NCBI GenBank assembly: GCA_951406725.2
Contig: OX597823.1
Coordinates: forward strand, 68,882,001-68,946,000
Length of the DNA: 64,000 nucleotides
Origin: Octopus vulgaris
Taxonomy: Eukaryota
Reading direction: 5' to 3'
The notes beneath the pieces were generated by a model, which worked only from the letters and a program-made list of their open reading frames with translations, did no database searches and had not been told where the DNA came from. Of the stretch, positions 38,929 through 52,050 are shown one piece after another; position 1 is the first letter of the stretch, and each line of letters starts with the position of its first letter. A program made the translations under genes and the position numbers.

Positions 38929-40842
38929 TCACATCGACAATGCTCTTCTCAATACGTGTGATGTACCAGTTAAGACAATCTTTTGCACTTCTTGCAGGGA
39001 TGGTAAGCCAGGGATCATTCTCATATAATTTTCGGTTCCCTTCTTGATCATTCCTAGTGCTCCTACGATCACTGGTATTGTAACCGCCTTGAGATGCCAC
39101 ATTTTCTCAATTTCAATGAGTAGGTCTTTATATTTTCTGAGCTTGTCAAACTCTTTCGCTGAGATATTATGATCACAGGGGATGCTCATGTCGATCAATA
39201 AGCAAACTTTATTGTTTTGGTCTTTCACAACAATATCTGGTTTATTGGCCTTGATGGTTCGGTCTGTATGTACTGGAAAGTCCCACAGAATGGTTACATT
39301 TTCTCCTTCAGTTACAGCCCCAGGGTGGTGATTATACCACTTGTCGGCAGTTTTGATATTGTAATGCCGACTTATTAGCCAGTGTAGATATTGGCCAACT
39401 CTGTCATGTCTTAATTTATACTCCACTGGTGCTAAGACTTTACATCCAGAGATTAGGTGGTCCACTGTTTCAATCATGTCGTTGCAGAATCGGCATTTTG
39501 GGTCTGCTCCATTTTTCATCACATTGGCCTGGTAGTTCCGGGTTAATAGGCTTTGGTCTTGAGCAGCCAGGATGAAACCTTCGCTCTCTGCTTTTAGCCC
39601 TGAGCTCCACAGCCACTGATGGGTTTGCTTCTGGTCAACATCAGCTTGTTTGCTGCGGGTCACATATTTGCCGTGCAGAGGTTTCTCCTCCCACCTATCA
39701 GCCAATTGCTCGTGCACTTTTTTCATTGCCATCATTTTCACCTTCTTTGCAACAATAGTTGCCGTACTTCCCTCGGGTTGTTCAGTTTGGGTATCCTGCA
39801 CGAGATCAATAGCAAATTTTTTGCTTTCCTTGATGATAGAATGAAGCTTCTTTCGTCTCTCGTGATTTTCCATGAGCTTTAGCATCCAGTCATTCGATAT
39901 TTTGAGATATTTGGCCAGTCCAATTGTGGTTGTTTTGTAAGCTAGTTCAAATTGGATCAGGCCTCGACCTCCTTGGGCTCTGGGAAGGTAAAGGCGATCT
40001 ACGTCTGCCTTTGGGTGGTTCATCCTATTACAACTCAGCAGCTTGCGTATTTTTCTATCTATATTCTTTACTTCACTCATATTCCAGTTCAACACATTGT
40101 AGCTATAAGTAACAACTGGAACTGCTAAGGAATTTATAGCTAACACCTTGTTACGTGCATTTAGTTCAGATTTCAGGACTGCACGAACTCTCCTATAACA
40201 TTCCTTCCTGATCTTCTCTTTCATGCTTGCATGCTGAATACCAGAGCCTTCATTTATCCCTAAATATTTGTATGTTTGTTCTTGCTCAAGCTCTCTTATG
40301 ACTGTGTCAACATCTAACACGACTGAATTTGTGGTCTTCACTTTCCCTTTCTGGAAAGTGGCCTTGGCACACTTCTCAAGTCCAAACTCCATCCCGATGT
40401 CATCGCTGAATGCTTTCACGGTGCGCAATAGGCCTTCAAGTTCATTATTGTCTTTACCATAAAGTTTTAAGTCATCCATATAAAATAGATGGCTTATTTT
40501 TTTATTGGCAATTTTATACCCATACCCTGTTCTGTTTAATTCACTTGTAAGGGGTATTAGGGCTATGCAGAATATTAAAGGTGAAAGTGAGTCACCTTGA
40601 AAAATTCCACAGTTGATGTTTATATTTTCTGAGGCAAGTACTCCATTAGAGTGGTATAATTGGAGATTCGTATTCCACAACGACATATTGTGCTTCAGGA
40701 AGTTTGAAATCACAGGGGAAATTTTGAAGATGTCCAGCGATCTCAAGATCCATGGATGCGGTATACTGTCGAAGGCCTTTTTATAGTCAATCCATGCGGT
40801 GCTGAGATTTCTGCGCTTGTTGTGACAGTTCTCAAGGATCAT
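38929..40842 (-). CDS. R4/Dong polyprotein part: reverse transcriptase, zinc knuckle, restriction-like endonuclease (637 aa)
   Basis: WIDYKKAFDSIPH, GIFQGDSLSPL, HLFYMDDLKLY, YKYLG; CRFC..ETVDHLISGC; RHD; NKPDIV..LIDMSIP..K..KY. Confidence 0.93.
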   Translation of the reverse strand: MILENCHNKRRNLSTAWIDYKKAFDSIPHPWILRSLDIFKISPVISNFLKHNMSLWNTNLQLYHSNGVLASENININCGIFQGDSLSPLIFCIALIPLTSELNRTGYGYKIANKKISHLFYMDDLKLYGKDNNELEGLLRTVKAFSDDIGMEFGLEKCAKATFQKGKVKTTNSVVLDVDTVIRELEQEQTYKYLGINEGSGIQHASMKEKIRKECYRRVRAVLKSELNARNKVLAINSLAVPVVTYSYNVLNWNMSEVKNIDRKIRKLLSCNRMNHPKADVDRLYLPRAQGGRGLIQFELAYKTTTIGLAKYLKISNDWMLKLMENHERRKKLHSIIKESKKFAIDLVQDTQTEQPEGSTATIVAKKVKMMAMKKVHEQLADRWEEKPLHGKYVTRSKQADVDQKQTHQWLWSSGLKAESEGFILAAQDQSLLTRNYQANVMKNGADPKCRFCNDMIETVDHLISGCKVLAPVEYKLRHDRVGQYLHWLISRHYNIKTADKWYNHHPGAVTEGENVTILWDFPVHTDRTIKANKPDIVVKDQNNKVCLLIDMSIPCDHNISAKEFDKLRKYKDLLIEIEKMWHLKAVTIPVIVGALGMIKKGTENYMRMIPGLPSLQEVQKIVLTGTSHVLRRALSM

Positions 40843-40881
40843 ACGATTGATTAGCAGTTGATCTTTGCATCCGTAAGAGCC

Positions 40882-41416
40882 TCAGCAGCACCCTTTTTGT
40901 TCAATGGGGAAAATATCGTTCTTCTCCATGAATGCATATGTTTTCTCCACCAGGATAGATGTTAGGATTTTATATGTGGTGGATAGACAGGTTATAGGCC
41001 GATAGTTTTTTGGAAGGTTGGTTTCGTTATTCTTTGGGAGTAGGTAAGTAATGCCACTTGCTAACCATTCAGGTGTTTTCTTTGGGTCTCTCATAATTCC
41101 ATTGAGCAGCTGAACTAGCTTACTGTGTGCGCACGGGAGCGATGCGAGCCAGAAATTCAGCACCCTATCTTTACCGGGGGATTTCCAATTATGGGCCTTC
41201 GTGAGTGCCTTTCTTAGGTCTGCTATTGTGATGTCTTCCCATGCTTGTTGTTGTAAATTTTGGTAGGATCCTTCAGTTTGTATAATCCAGTCTGCATTTA
41301 TGTTGTACGTCTTCTTGTCACTCCAAATCCTTTTCCAAAAGTTTTGAACTTCTTCTATGGGAGGGGGTCTTTAACGGTTACTTTTTCCTTCCCTATTTCT
41401 CTGTAGAATTTTTTGG

Positions 41417-41418
<2 letters not shown>
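40882..41418 (-). pseudogene. Upstream part of the same R4/Dong ORF (RT domains 0-2), separated by one TGA and a frameshift
   Basis: WKSPGKDRV.NFW, YRPITCL, EQKGCC*GSYGCKDQL is in frame with the 637-aa ORF; frameshift near 41360. Confidence 0.88.
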
Positions 41419-41471
<53 letters not shown>

Positions 41472-41476
41472 GTTTA

Positions 41477-41925
41477 GGCAGTGAGCTGGATGAATCGTTA
41501 GTATGCTGGGCAAAATGTTCAGTGGCATTTTGTCCATCTTCCCATTCTGAAATCAAATTCTACTGACTGAGTTCAACTTTGCCTTTCATCCTTTCAGGGT
41601 CAATAAATGAAGTACCAGTCTAGCACTGGGGTCGATGTGATCAACTATCTCCCTCCCCACAAATTCCAGGCCTTTTGCCTTATGGTATAAAGGATTATTA
41701 CTATTATCCTTGTTAAGGCATCAAGCTGGCAGAATCATTAGCACACTGGGCAAAATGCTTAACGTTTTATTTGTCTTAATGCTCCAAGTTCAAATTCCAC
41801 CAAGGTCAATCTTGCCTTTCATCCTTTTGGGGTTGATAAAATAAGTACCAGTTGAGCACTGGGGTCGATGTAATTGTCTTACTTGCTTCCCCAAACTTAC
41901 TGGTCTTGTGCCAAAATTTGAAACC
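41477..41925 (+). mobile_element. Two tandem SINE family B copies
   Basis: Consensus matches at 41477-41695 and 41716-41925. Confidence 0.82.
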
Positions 41926-44900
41926 ATTATTTCTAATTGTTAGTGCACATTGTTAGTGTAGTGGATAACAGATCTGCAGATATTTGATTAAATTCTTTAT
42001 TGTATTAAGTTAAGTCTCTTGATACTCACAGTTCAAATCTTGCTTGGTATGGCTGTACCATTATCTGTTCAAGGTTGATAGACTGAAGTACCTGTAAAGT
42101 ACTGAGTTTGATTTCAATAGCTCTTCACTCCCATAATAATTGTAGCCCATGTAAAAAACATGCTGCATTTAGTTATGTCCCTTTGCATTCTAAGTTCGAA
42201 TCTTGTATGGGTTGACTTTTCATCTCACTTCTTCATCTTTGATAAAATAATTACCAGTCATGTTCAAACAAATTGCATATACCATCACTATAAATTTATG
42301 GCTTTTTGCCAATGTAAGAAATCATTATCATGATGATTACTATTATTATTATTTGACCAGCAGCACTTCTTACAAGTTCTTGGATCAATAGTGATTTTTA
42401 TACATCTGCAAACTACAGACATGATAAAAAAAGAAAGAAAACCTGCATTATTAAAGATATTGCAACAATTTATTTTGAAAGATATCAAGTGTAATAGATG
42501 GAAACTTTACAAGCTGTTTACAACCAGTGTCTTTTGACTAAATGGCAGCCACCCAAGGCCAAGAAATGTTAACAATAGTTATTGTTGAAAAGGCTGGCAG
42601 TCACTGAAAGTCATAAAGGTATGTTAGAAGATGAAGTAATGCGAACTTTGTGAAAGAACTAAAATGAACAACAAAACAAAAATGTTTAAAGCAGATGAAA
42701 GAATACAAAAACAAAAAACAAAAATAATCTTGACACTGCATCACAATAGCAGCAAATATCTGATAATGTCATGGATCCAGCTCTTTCCTTGGAGGTGGGG
42801 AGAAAAATAACATTATTCAGATTTGTTGCAAAGTCAATGATGTTATATGATGAAATCAAGGCAGTCATCTCAGGATACAGGAGATGATGAAGTATGAACA
42901 AACATATAAGTATTTTGTCGGGGGGAAAAAGATGACATTGTGTTTAAGGAAAGTAGTTGGTACAATAAAGAAGGCAAAGGAAATGGTTAGAATCAGAAAA
43001 TACATTGTGAAACTATCATGCATATTCTAGAATTTGGCAAGAATAAGCATCATTAATTTCTATGGAACTTCTTTTATAATACCATTCACATCTTGAATGC
43101 TTTTCTGTTAAACCTTTGGGAATGTCTTTTGTCCTAACTCCCTCATTGTCAGGTCTTTGTTGCAAGGTCATACTTGATTAAATATCTGCTGGTGCTTTTG
43201 CTATGTATGCTGTTTGATACGATCAATAGAACATAGGATCTTGATTTTGTTGAGGTCAACACCTGATCCTTTGATCCTCTCAGAGCAATAGTCATTCATC
43301 TTGATTTTTTTAAAACAAGCATCAGCTGTGCTCTACTAAAAATGTTGATAAAAAAAGTGAATAATAGTTTGCTTTATTTCTTAAAGTAAGGTGCCAGGAT
43401 CCCATAGTTAATGTAGAATTTACAGACATCACAAAAGAAAATGAAAATGAAATGTAAAATCATCTACTTCACTGAAAGAGAAGATTAAAGAAATTTCATG
43501 TTCAACATAATTGTTTGTTAAACTCCTATCAAAAATCCTAGATAAATGGAGCAGTCAATGATTTTCAAATATGTAAATGAATTAGATCTATATATACCGT
43601 TCATGAGCTATTCTATAAAAGAAAATATATACTATGTCACCAATTTCAAATGATAACGAAGTAAAAATCTCAACATCCAGGTTACTCAGTTATATTAAAC
43701 TATCAAGGAATCGAGATAATAAGGATGCCCATACATAATTATTCAACTTTCTCCAATTAATAACTGAATCTCTTTAAATAATAGTATATATGTTTAAGTA
43801 AGGAAAGCATGCAATGCACTATGTTATCCTAGATAGACAATGCTGTGAAAAAGATGAGCTGATCATGGTTCAAATACCTTTGGTTTTAGGCCTGCTGACC
43901 TGCTGCAAAACAACAATTATCAAAACCATGAGAATGAACAGCAGAACATCTCTGAAAGGGAGTAAATACTATGTATATGGTTCATTAATCTATTATGCCT
44001 TTCTTCCCCTGTAAATATGTACTTTTATATCAATGTAAGTAATCATAATGGTAAAAAAAAAATTACTGGAACTATGCAAACATTGAAATTTTTAAATTTA
44101 AAAAGAAGTTTCCTGAAAAATGTGGTAAGTTTGTGTTGGTACATTGCCACTGACCTATAGAGGTTGTAGATAACAAACACAGTACACCACGGTGGTTATT
44201 TGATAGATTTTCCAAGGATAATGTTCAGAAATTTCAGAGTTTCTCTGCTAACTAGTTTGAGCCAATGTCACTAAAGCTAGTTGCATTTTGCTTGGTAAAT
44301 GTAAGCTATAGCTTGGTCTAAAACAACCTCCTGGCTCATGAGTAGCTTTAGCCAAATCTATTCTGATGCAAGCAATCAAATTATGTCTCCACACTGGTCA
44401 GAAGATAATTGGATGAGTTACAGTTTTTTCTTTTTTTTTCTGCTGCCAATCTAGAGAAGACCTTGAAAAATAAATCATGGACACTACTTTCGACCTCTGA
44501 CTATACCATAACATATAACTGTCGTACAATTGCAGAAATAGGTCATAAAAGCTAAACTAAGAAATAACTAAAATGTAGAGCTTTCGTCATTAATGATGCA
44601 TGTTATAACATAAAGATATAATAAAAAAAAGAAATCAATACTACAGTGTATCTTCATATTTCTAATGGCTGCAATAAGTCTATTGTAAAGTAAACTTCAA
44701 GGAAAAATATATACTCTTTTACTCTTTTACTTGTTTCAGTCATTTGACTGTGATCATGCTGGAGCACTGCCTTTAGTCGAGCAAATCAACCCCAGAACTT
44801 ACTCTTTGTAAGCCTAGTACTTATTCTATCAGTCTCTTTTACTGAAAGTTATCCGGTCATAAATGTTGTCTCAGATAAGTCCTTGTCCAGTGCATGCAAG

Positions 44901-45800
44901 CATGATAATCTGTCTCTACACATGAAACCAATTAGTTATATTTAGGTAAACTGAAATAAAATGACTTACAAATCTTTGCTTCAAACACAAATAATGTCAC
45001 TGAATTGATTTGAACCAAAGATAAGTTTGAACTTTTATTATGCATTTTACTGACTCAACCTGCAGCACCTAACTATCGTATTAGATAACAAAAAGTAATA
45101 ATCTTGCTGATACCAAAAAGGCATGACCTTTTAAGGAGCTCATTTAATTACTAATTTCTGGGATTTACAATCATCTGCATCAAAACAAGGTATTTACTTT
45201 TAGATAGCAAAAGCCCACCAGAAACATCATTCCGTAATCCTCTAAACATAGAAATATTTTATCAAAGGGGTCTCAATAACATGAGAAATATTTGACTACT
45301 AATCAATATTGGAATTACTTTTTGTTTCAAAGCCAGTGCAATAGATGAAAAATTTCTTAATATATGCAAGCTGAATCATTCTGGAAAGCTGAAAAAAATT
45401 GAAAGGAAAAATGCAAAATCTTTACTTTTTTATATAAAAGAAAAACTTCTCTTTATTCATTTTTTTGCTTGTATTGATTGAAATATGAAGCTGAAAAATA
45501 AATTATATTATGTATCTTTTTCAATTATTTTGTCTGACAGCAGACAAAAAAGAAAACAAAATTTGAATATTATTTTTTGTGACATTCCCTCTCCCTTTAA
45601 TAACAGTTTTGTGGAATTTTCTTCACTAAATGGCTCTGATTACAAGCACAGTAAACATTTTTCTTTGTGGAATTCTTTGTTTTTCACCATCTTATTTTTA
45701 CTCAACCAAGTTAATTCTGTAAGTAACATCCGTGCTAGAAAATTCATTACATTTACTACACAATTTGATTCCACGTCCAAACACTCACTCTTCATTCAAG

Positions 45801-45846
<46 letters not shown>

Positions 45847-46763
45847 CTCTCTCTCTCCACTATTATGTACACACAGTTAACATAGGCAGAAATTTCTTTG
45901 CTGCAACTCATTCAACCTGCAAGAAATAGCAACAAAAATCCTTCAGACACAGTCTACAGTCTTAAACAAAGAAAGACCACACTGGACAACAAAATCCCTG
46001 GTAAAGAAAAAACTGAAAAAGTTAAGGCTAGTGAGCCTTTGTTCATAGGACTACTCAATCAGAGTAGAGTGGAACCTAAGCACTAACTTCTTCCCTTGCC
46101 GCCACACATTATCCTTTCCGAAACTGACAAACACTGTGACCCGAAGTTAGCCAATATCTTGACCAAATTCTCAGAAGATTACTATCAGATAATTCCAGTT
46201 CAACATGTGCTGGCAAGAAATTCACCAGTTCACATTCTATCAAATCAAGTGTACACGAATATTCACTTTGTTGCCTGTAGAGTTAATCTTTGTTGCCAAC
46301 TAAGGTCTTTTTTCATAATTGTTCTTATTACATTTTCAGAGCATCTCCCTATTTATCACTGATTAGATCACCTACATAGCAGTAGCTATCAACAATTTCA
46401 GTCAAGCCTTCCAGTATTTGTGTGTGCATATATATTTATGAGTGCATGTGTATCTATCTACCTATCTATCTATCTATTGCCCTTTCTCTTCTCTACTCCC
46501 TCCTCTCTCTCTCACTAAATTCTGTCTGTTTTATTTTTTAATCAGTATTTTTCTATTTGCCTATTTCTTTGTTGTTTCGTTTTCCTCCACTTCCTAATTG
46601 CAGGGTGTAAAGAAAACCTGCCTTTAGGTCTCAGTATCATTTGCCTATCAAACGCATGCTTTCTAATGTCTCTTATCTCTCCAATATAAACACACAAGCA
46701 TATGTATTTGTGCTTTATTCATAGTTGATATTAACAACCAATTATAACAAATAGAGTTTTTAA

Positions 46764-46967
46764 CCCTTTAACATTTAAACCAACCATAGTTGTCCCAAAG
46801 AATCTACCTATTTTATGTTCAAATTAGCCAGACCTGGCATGTCATACTTACCCTGCAATGTCCACTACAAAAATAAACAATCATCATCAAAATCTGAAAG
46901 CTACAAGAAAATACAAGATTAATTGAAATCAATAACATTTGATACAGTAATCAGAATGCTTAAAGGT
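46764..46967. mobile_element. piggyBac-like MITE (~200 bp)
   Basis: TTAA|ccctttaacatt ... aatgcttaaaggt|TTAA. Confidence 0.7.
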
Positions 46968-47232
46968 TTAACTTAGCTATCATCTTCTTTTCTCCTCTAT
47001 TTTTCTCTTTGATCTTCTGCTTGACATACATTCCACTTTCACTTCATTATAGCAAACTCATTTATTTTTATTATTATTTATAAAATGTATTTCTGAAACT
47101 CATTTACAATTGTCTTAATTTGTAACTTTTATTTTTTATTTTTTCATTTGCATATTTCTTTCTAAGCTTTTGCTTTCAAAGATGATTATTTTTGTCCTTT
47201 TCTGCACTTATTATGACTACTACCATGAAAGA

Positions 47233-47455
47233 TGGTGAGCTGGAAGAATCGTTAACATGCCAGGCAAAATGCTTAGCACTATTTCGTCCATCTTTACGTT
47301 CTGAGTTCAAATTCCACCAAGATAAGCTTTGCCTTTCATCCTTTTGGGGTTGATAAAATAATGCCAGTTGAGTACTGGGGTTGATGTAATCGACTAGCCA
47401 ATCACCCCCACTGCACCCCACCAAAATTCAGGCCTTGTGCCTATAGCAGAAAGGA
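47233..47455 (+). mobile_element. SINE family B
   Basis: Family consensus match. Confidence 0.85.
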
Positions 47456-47920
47456 TTATGACTATTACCATGTATACACGTGTAATATTTATTCAGTTAT
47501 TCATTCAACTTTGACCAGTTTTTATGGCTCATGTTATTTTTTTTCTGTCACTGCTCAGTCATTTTCACCCAACAGTTTCCAGTTATTTTGAAAAATAATA
47601 ACCCACAGGCCAATCTGCTTTATATGTTTATTTTCTGAGTTACTAAATAATTATCACTGCTTGGTATGCTAACGATTCAGCCAGCTCGCCGCCTAATCAT
47701 TTGTAAATATTTATAAACCATCATATTATTTTCAAAACTTCACTATTGCCTAAATGAATCTCTGAGTAACAGTTCCTGAAGCTTTATGGCTTTAATAACA
47801 CATGCACACACTTACACATTATGCGTGTGTGCTTGTGTGTGTATGGTATGTGAATGTGTGTGTATGTATATATATATATATAAATTAAATTAGAGATAAA
47901 ACCACTATTAGGCAACTCAA

Positions 47921-47966
<46 letters not shown>

Positions 47967-48059
47967 ACATATATATATTATACATATGTATATATATGTG
48001 TATATACATGTGTGTGTACATATGTATGTGTGTATATATATGTGTATATATGTGTGGTT

Positions 48060-48350
48060 GATGCCAGTGTCACCTAACTGGCTCCCATGCTGGTGGCACA
48101 TAAAAAAGCACCATTTAAGCATGGCTGATGCCAGTGCTGCCTGACTGGCTCCCATGCCAGTGGCACATAAAAAGCACCCACTACACTCTTGTAGTTGGCG
48201 TTAAGAAGAGCATCTAGCTGTAGAAACCTTTCCAGATCAGATTGGAGCTTGGTGCAGCCTCCTGGCTTGCCAGTTATCAGTCAAACCGTCAAACCCATGC
48301 CATCATGGAAAGTGGACATAAAACGATATCATGATGATGACGATGATGAG
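48060..48350 (+). mobile_element. RTE 3' tail copy
   Basis: Same tail as 911-1238. Confidence 0.8.
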
Positions 48351-48444
48351 GATATAATAGGAGCAGCTATGGGTATGTGGTTAAGAAGTTCCATTTGAGC
48401 CACATAGTTTTGTGTTCAATCCTACTGTGTGTGTTACCTGAGAG

Positions 48445-48795
48445 CAGTGCTTCTTAACCATTTTTTTTTTATCTATGGACACCTTTGATTACTATTTTAT
48501 TCTGATAGACCCCCATAGTAATTTGATGTTTAAAAGCTTGTTTTAAAGAACTTCTTTCAAAACTCCAATTTTCTTTTTCACACGTTAACATGTGTAGTTT
48601 GAAGTTTGTAAGATGTTAGAAAAAGAAACCTAACTGTTTCTTGCAATACATACCAATGCATACATCTAAAGCAAGATTTTTTCACCAACCTCTAAAATCG
48701 CATTCTAGATCCCCAATTTGCTATTTTATTATGTGGACCCCCAAAATCTTATATCAACCCTCATGGGCCATATGGATCCCAGTTGAGAGCCACTG
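48445..48795. mobile_element. hAT (Charlie-like) non-autonomous element inserted in a SINE
   Basis: TIRs cagtgcttcttaac / gttgagagccactg; 8-bp TSD cctgagag / ccttagag. Confidence 0.8.
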
Positions 48796-50289
48796 CCTTA
48801 GAGTCACAAAGGGCATTCTGTTATAGTTTTGGGTCAACCAAACATGTGTGGATTTGGGTAGACTGAAACTTTAAGAAGTCTGGTGCATATGTGCATGGAT
48901 GTGCACATGTGTGCACACATGTACACATGCGTGGATGTGTGTGTGTGTGTGTACTTGTATGTATTTGTTTCCTTGTCTTGAGGTTGCATCCTGGTTGTCA
49001 CCATCATACAAGTAGTGGTGTTCATTTGAAATCTTTTTGTGAAATCATGTTCAGTCATTGTGGTATCCATGTTTGAAAGATTTGGGAGTATATTAGGTTA
49101 CTTGAAATCAAATGAATGCTGGTGACAAAAAAAAAAGGGACATCTGGCCATGAAAAATCTGACAAGGTTTGAGTCATTTCATATTGGAAGCTGCTGCTTC
49201 CATACACTAGTGTTCATATGTGTCATTTGACCTTTCCTATTGCCAAATACTTTACAAAGTATTGAGGTACACGTTGTGAAGTAGTTGGTGATAGAAACCA
49301 AGCCAAATGATGTGTATGAGCCTCAGTTGTTGAGAGCAGTAACTTGTACCGTGACTAAGCCATCCAACCCATGCCAGCATCAAAAACAGACACAATATGA
49401 TGATGGGGATTATGACTATGATGCTGTTGCTGATGATATTGATTATGATGATGATGATGATGAGAACAATGATATGCATATTAAAAGCAAAATCCATTAT
49501 GGAATTTTAGTCTCAGAATTTCTCTAATAACAGATAAAATCTAAAATCTAAAATTATTTAAATTTTGGTTAAATATTACCATTTAAATAAGCTACAAGCC
49601 AGTATAATATTACATTTTATAGCTTACTAAATGCTCATTATTATATTTATGGCAAAAATACCTTAATTTCATTCAACTTATCTTCCTTTCTTCCTTTACT
49701 TACATTTTACAAACTATTTTGTCTCCACCATTATTATAAAGAACGTTTGAATTTAAATAAACAAAAGTAAAGAGACAACGAATATTTCTTTCTTTCCCCC
49801 ATTTTAAAATAGTCTTATCTTTTTACTGTATATTTTCTGATTCTACTCTTAAAAGTAATTTTGATTTGCTTATATATATAAGTGCAGGCATGGCTGTGTG
49901 GTAAGCAGTTTGCTTTCCAGGTTCAGTCTTGTTATGTGGCACCTGAGGCAAGTGTCTTCTACTAAAGTCTCAGACTGACTAAAGCCTTGTGAGTGGATTT
50001 GGTAGGCAGAAACTGACAGAAGCCTGTTGTATGTGTGTGTGTGTCTTTTTATCTGTATTTGTTCTCCACCACCTCTTAGCATCTGGTGTTGGTGCATTTA
50101 GAACCCCATAATTTTTGCAGTTCACATAATTATAAGTACCAGACTTAAAAATTAAAATAGCAGTGTACATATATCATACTTAGTGTATATATACCTTCTA
50201 TAGTCTTGTTACTGCAGTATTTGTCCTGATATAACATCTCTTATAGATGTGCAGTTTTAAAAGCACATTAAATATTGGAGAAAAAAGTC

Positions 50290-52050
50290 AATCCATATAT
50301 TGTGTGTGTGTGCATTCGCTTTTCATGCAAAAATGGCTGAGTGAATTGGTTCCATACTTGAGGTGCATGAATAATTTGACCTTGCATATATAAAAGGGTT
50401 TTCCTTTATTTTTTTTTTAAATCTAAATTTATTTTTTGTCCTTATTTGGGTTTCTTCAACAATAAGAGCTATCACAATATCAGTGAATGTTTTATTTATT
50501 GTTTCCTTTATTGGAAAGCAGATGTCAGTAAAGAAGCCCAAAAGTACCAAAATGCATATGATATATTGTGTGTGTGTGTGTGTATTCGCTTTTTATGCAA
50601 GAACGGCTGTGTGAATTGGTTCCATACTTGAGGTGTGTGAATAATTTGACCTCAGATACATAAAAGGGTTTTCATTTACTTTTTTTATTAAATCTAAATA
50701 AAATAAATAATATTGCTTTATATATCTGATTCACTCCTTTATAAAGGATTTTCAGTGTCAACTTCTGGCATTGACATAGCAACAGGTTTTTCAATGTTTA
50801 CTTCTGGTATTGATGTAGCAGCTTCCACTACCTAGACACGCACATGTGTGTATAACCACTTCTATTTCATTTCAGAACTTCAGTTATATCTATATCTATC
50901 AATCCTCCTCTCTTTCTATCTCTTTCTCTTCTTCGTTCTGTCTATGGTCTTCATTTATTTTTTTATTAAAAATAAATATGATTCACTTCTTTAAAAGGTT
51001 TTTCAATGTCAATTTTCATTTGCTAGACATATGTATGTATAACCACTTCTGTTTCATTTCAGAATCTGTGTTATATCTATATCTTTCTATATCTATCTAT
51101 CTTTCTCTCTTTCTATCTCTTACTCTATCATTCTCTTCTTCATTCTGTCAACCATTCTGTCTAGCGTTTACCATTGTAACAATTTCTGGTACAAAACAAA
51201 ATTTATTACACCTCCTTTCATTGTTCACAATCTTCTGTACCAGTGATTTTGTGTATCCATAAATAACAATACCTAGATGGAAAGTGTCAAATTTGTCCCC
51301 ATTGTCAAGGTTAACCAAAAAGGTTTCTCTGCCAATGGAAATAGAGACACCTGAAAAAAGGGAAGCATACCAAGAAAGAAACAGACTGTGCACTATGGCA
51401 GCCAGAGCATTTGAGAATAATGAGATGAGCTATGCATCCAAAAAAAGACCCAGTTGCCTGAGCATCTCAAACTGCTGACAAGGAATAGGATCTCCACTGT
51501 AGAATGAAAAGCAGTTACAGCAGCTCAGAGAAGCAGCTTCTATTAAGCAGCTTTCAACTATGATCCAGCTTTCAAAATATCCTAGTTAATTATGGAGATG
51601 ATACTGAAGTTTCCATTCGTGCAATGACAACTGAGTGCATATATTGTAAAGCAAGGAAGTGGCCTAGAGAGACACCTGAGTTGTGCTGCTGTGGGGGATT
51701 GGTTAAACTCCCTGCAATGCCACAACCTCCAGAGCCACTGAAGAAACTGTTGTCATCAACTGACCAAGATTCTAAGCACTTCTAAAACAAAATTAGACAA
51801 TATAACACTGCACTATAGATGACATCATTTGGAGCCATAAGAGAAATAACTGAGCCAGGATTCATGCAAACCTCGAAGATTCAAGTTATATCAAGATTCA
51901 AGATATATCATTGTATTGACTCTCTACTACCTCTGTCAAATGAGTCACTAAAATTCCTACAAATATACTTTATGGATGATTCTGAACAAGAAGAGCAAGG
52001 GAGGTGCAAGAACATTTCTGGTATCAGGTTGAACATTGTGGTGTATCTGC
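50290..52050 (+). mobile_element. Autonomous Helitron 5' relic (5' repeats plus RepHel N-terminal region)
   Basis: ETPEKREAYQERNR; MTTECIYCKARKWPRE...CCCGGLVKLP..PQPPEPL; IRQYNTAL*MTSFGA; YHCIDSLLP; FLQIYF (Helitron-like N-terminal motifs); internal stops; the 5' boundary is approximate. Confidence 0.85.

Larger units (their letters stand above)
38727..41418 (-). mobile_element. R4/Dong-clade non-LTR retrotransposon, 5'-truncated, embedded in (TAA)n
   Basis: RT, CCHC and REL endonuclease domains; (att)n at 38727-38749 and 41418-41471. Confidence 0.92.
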
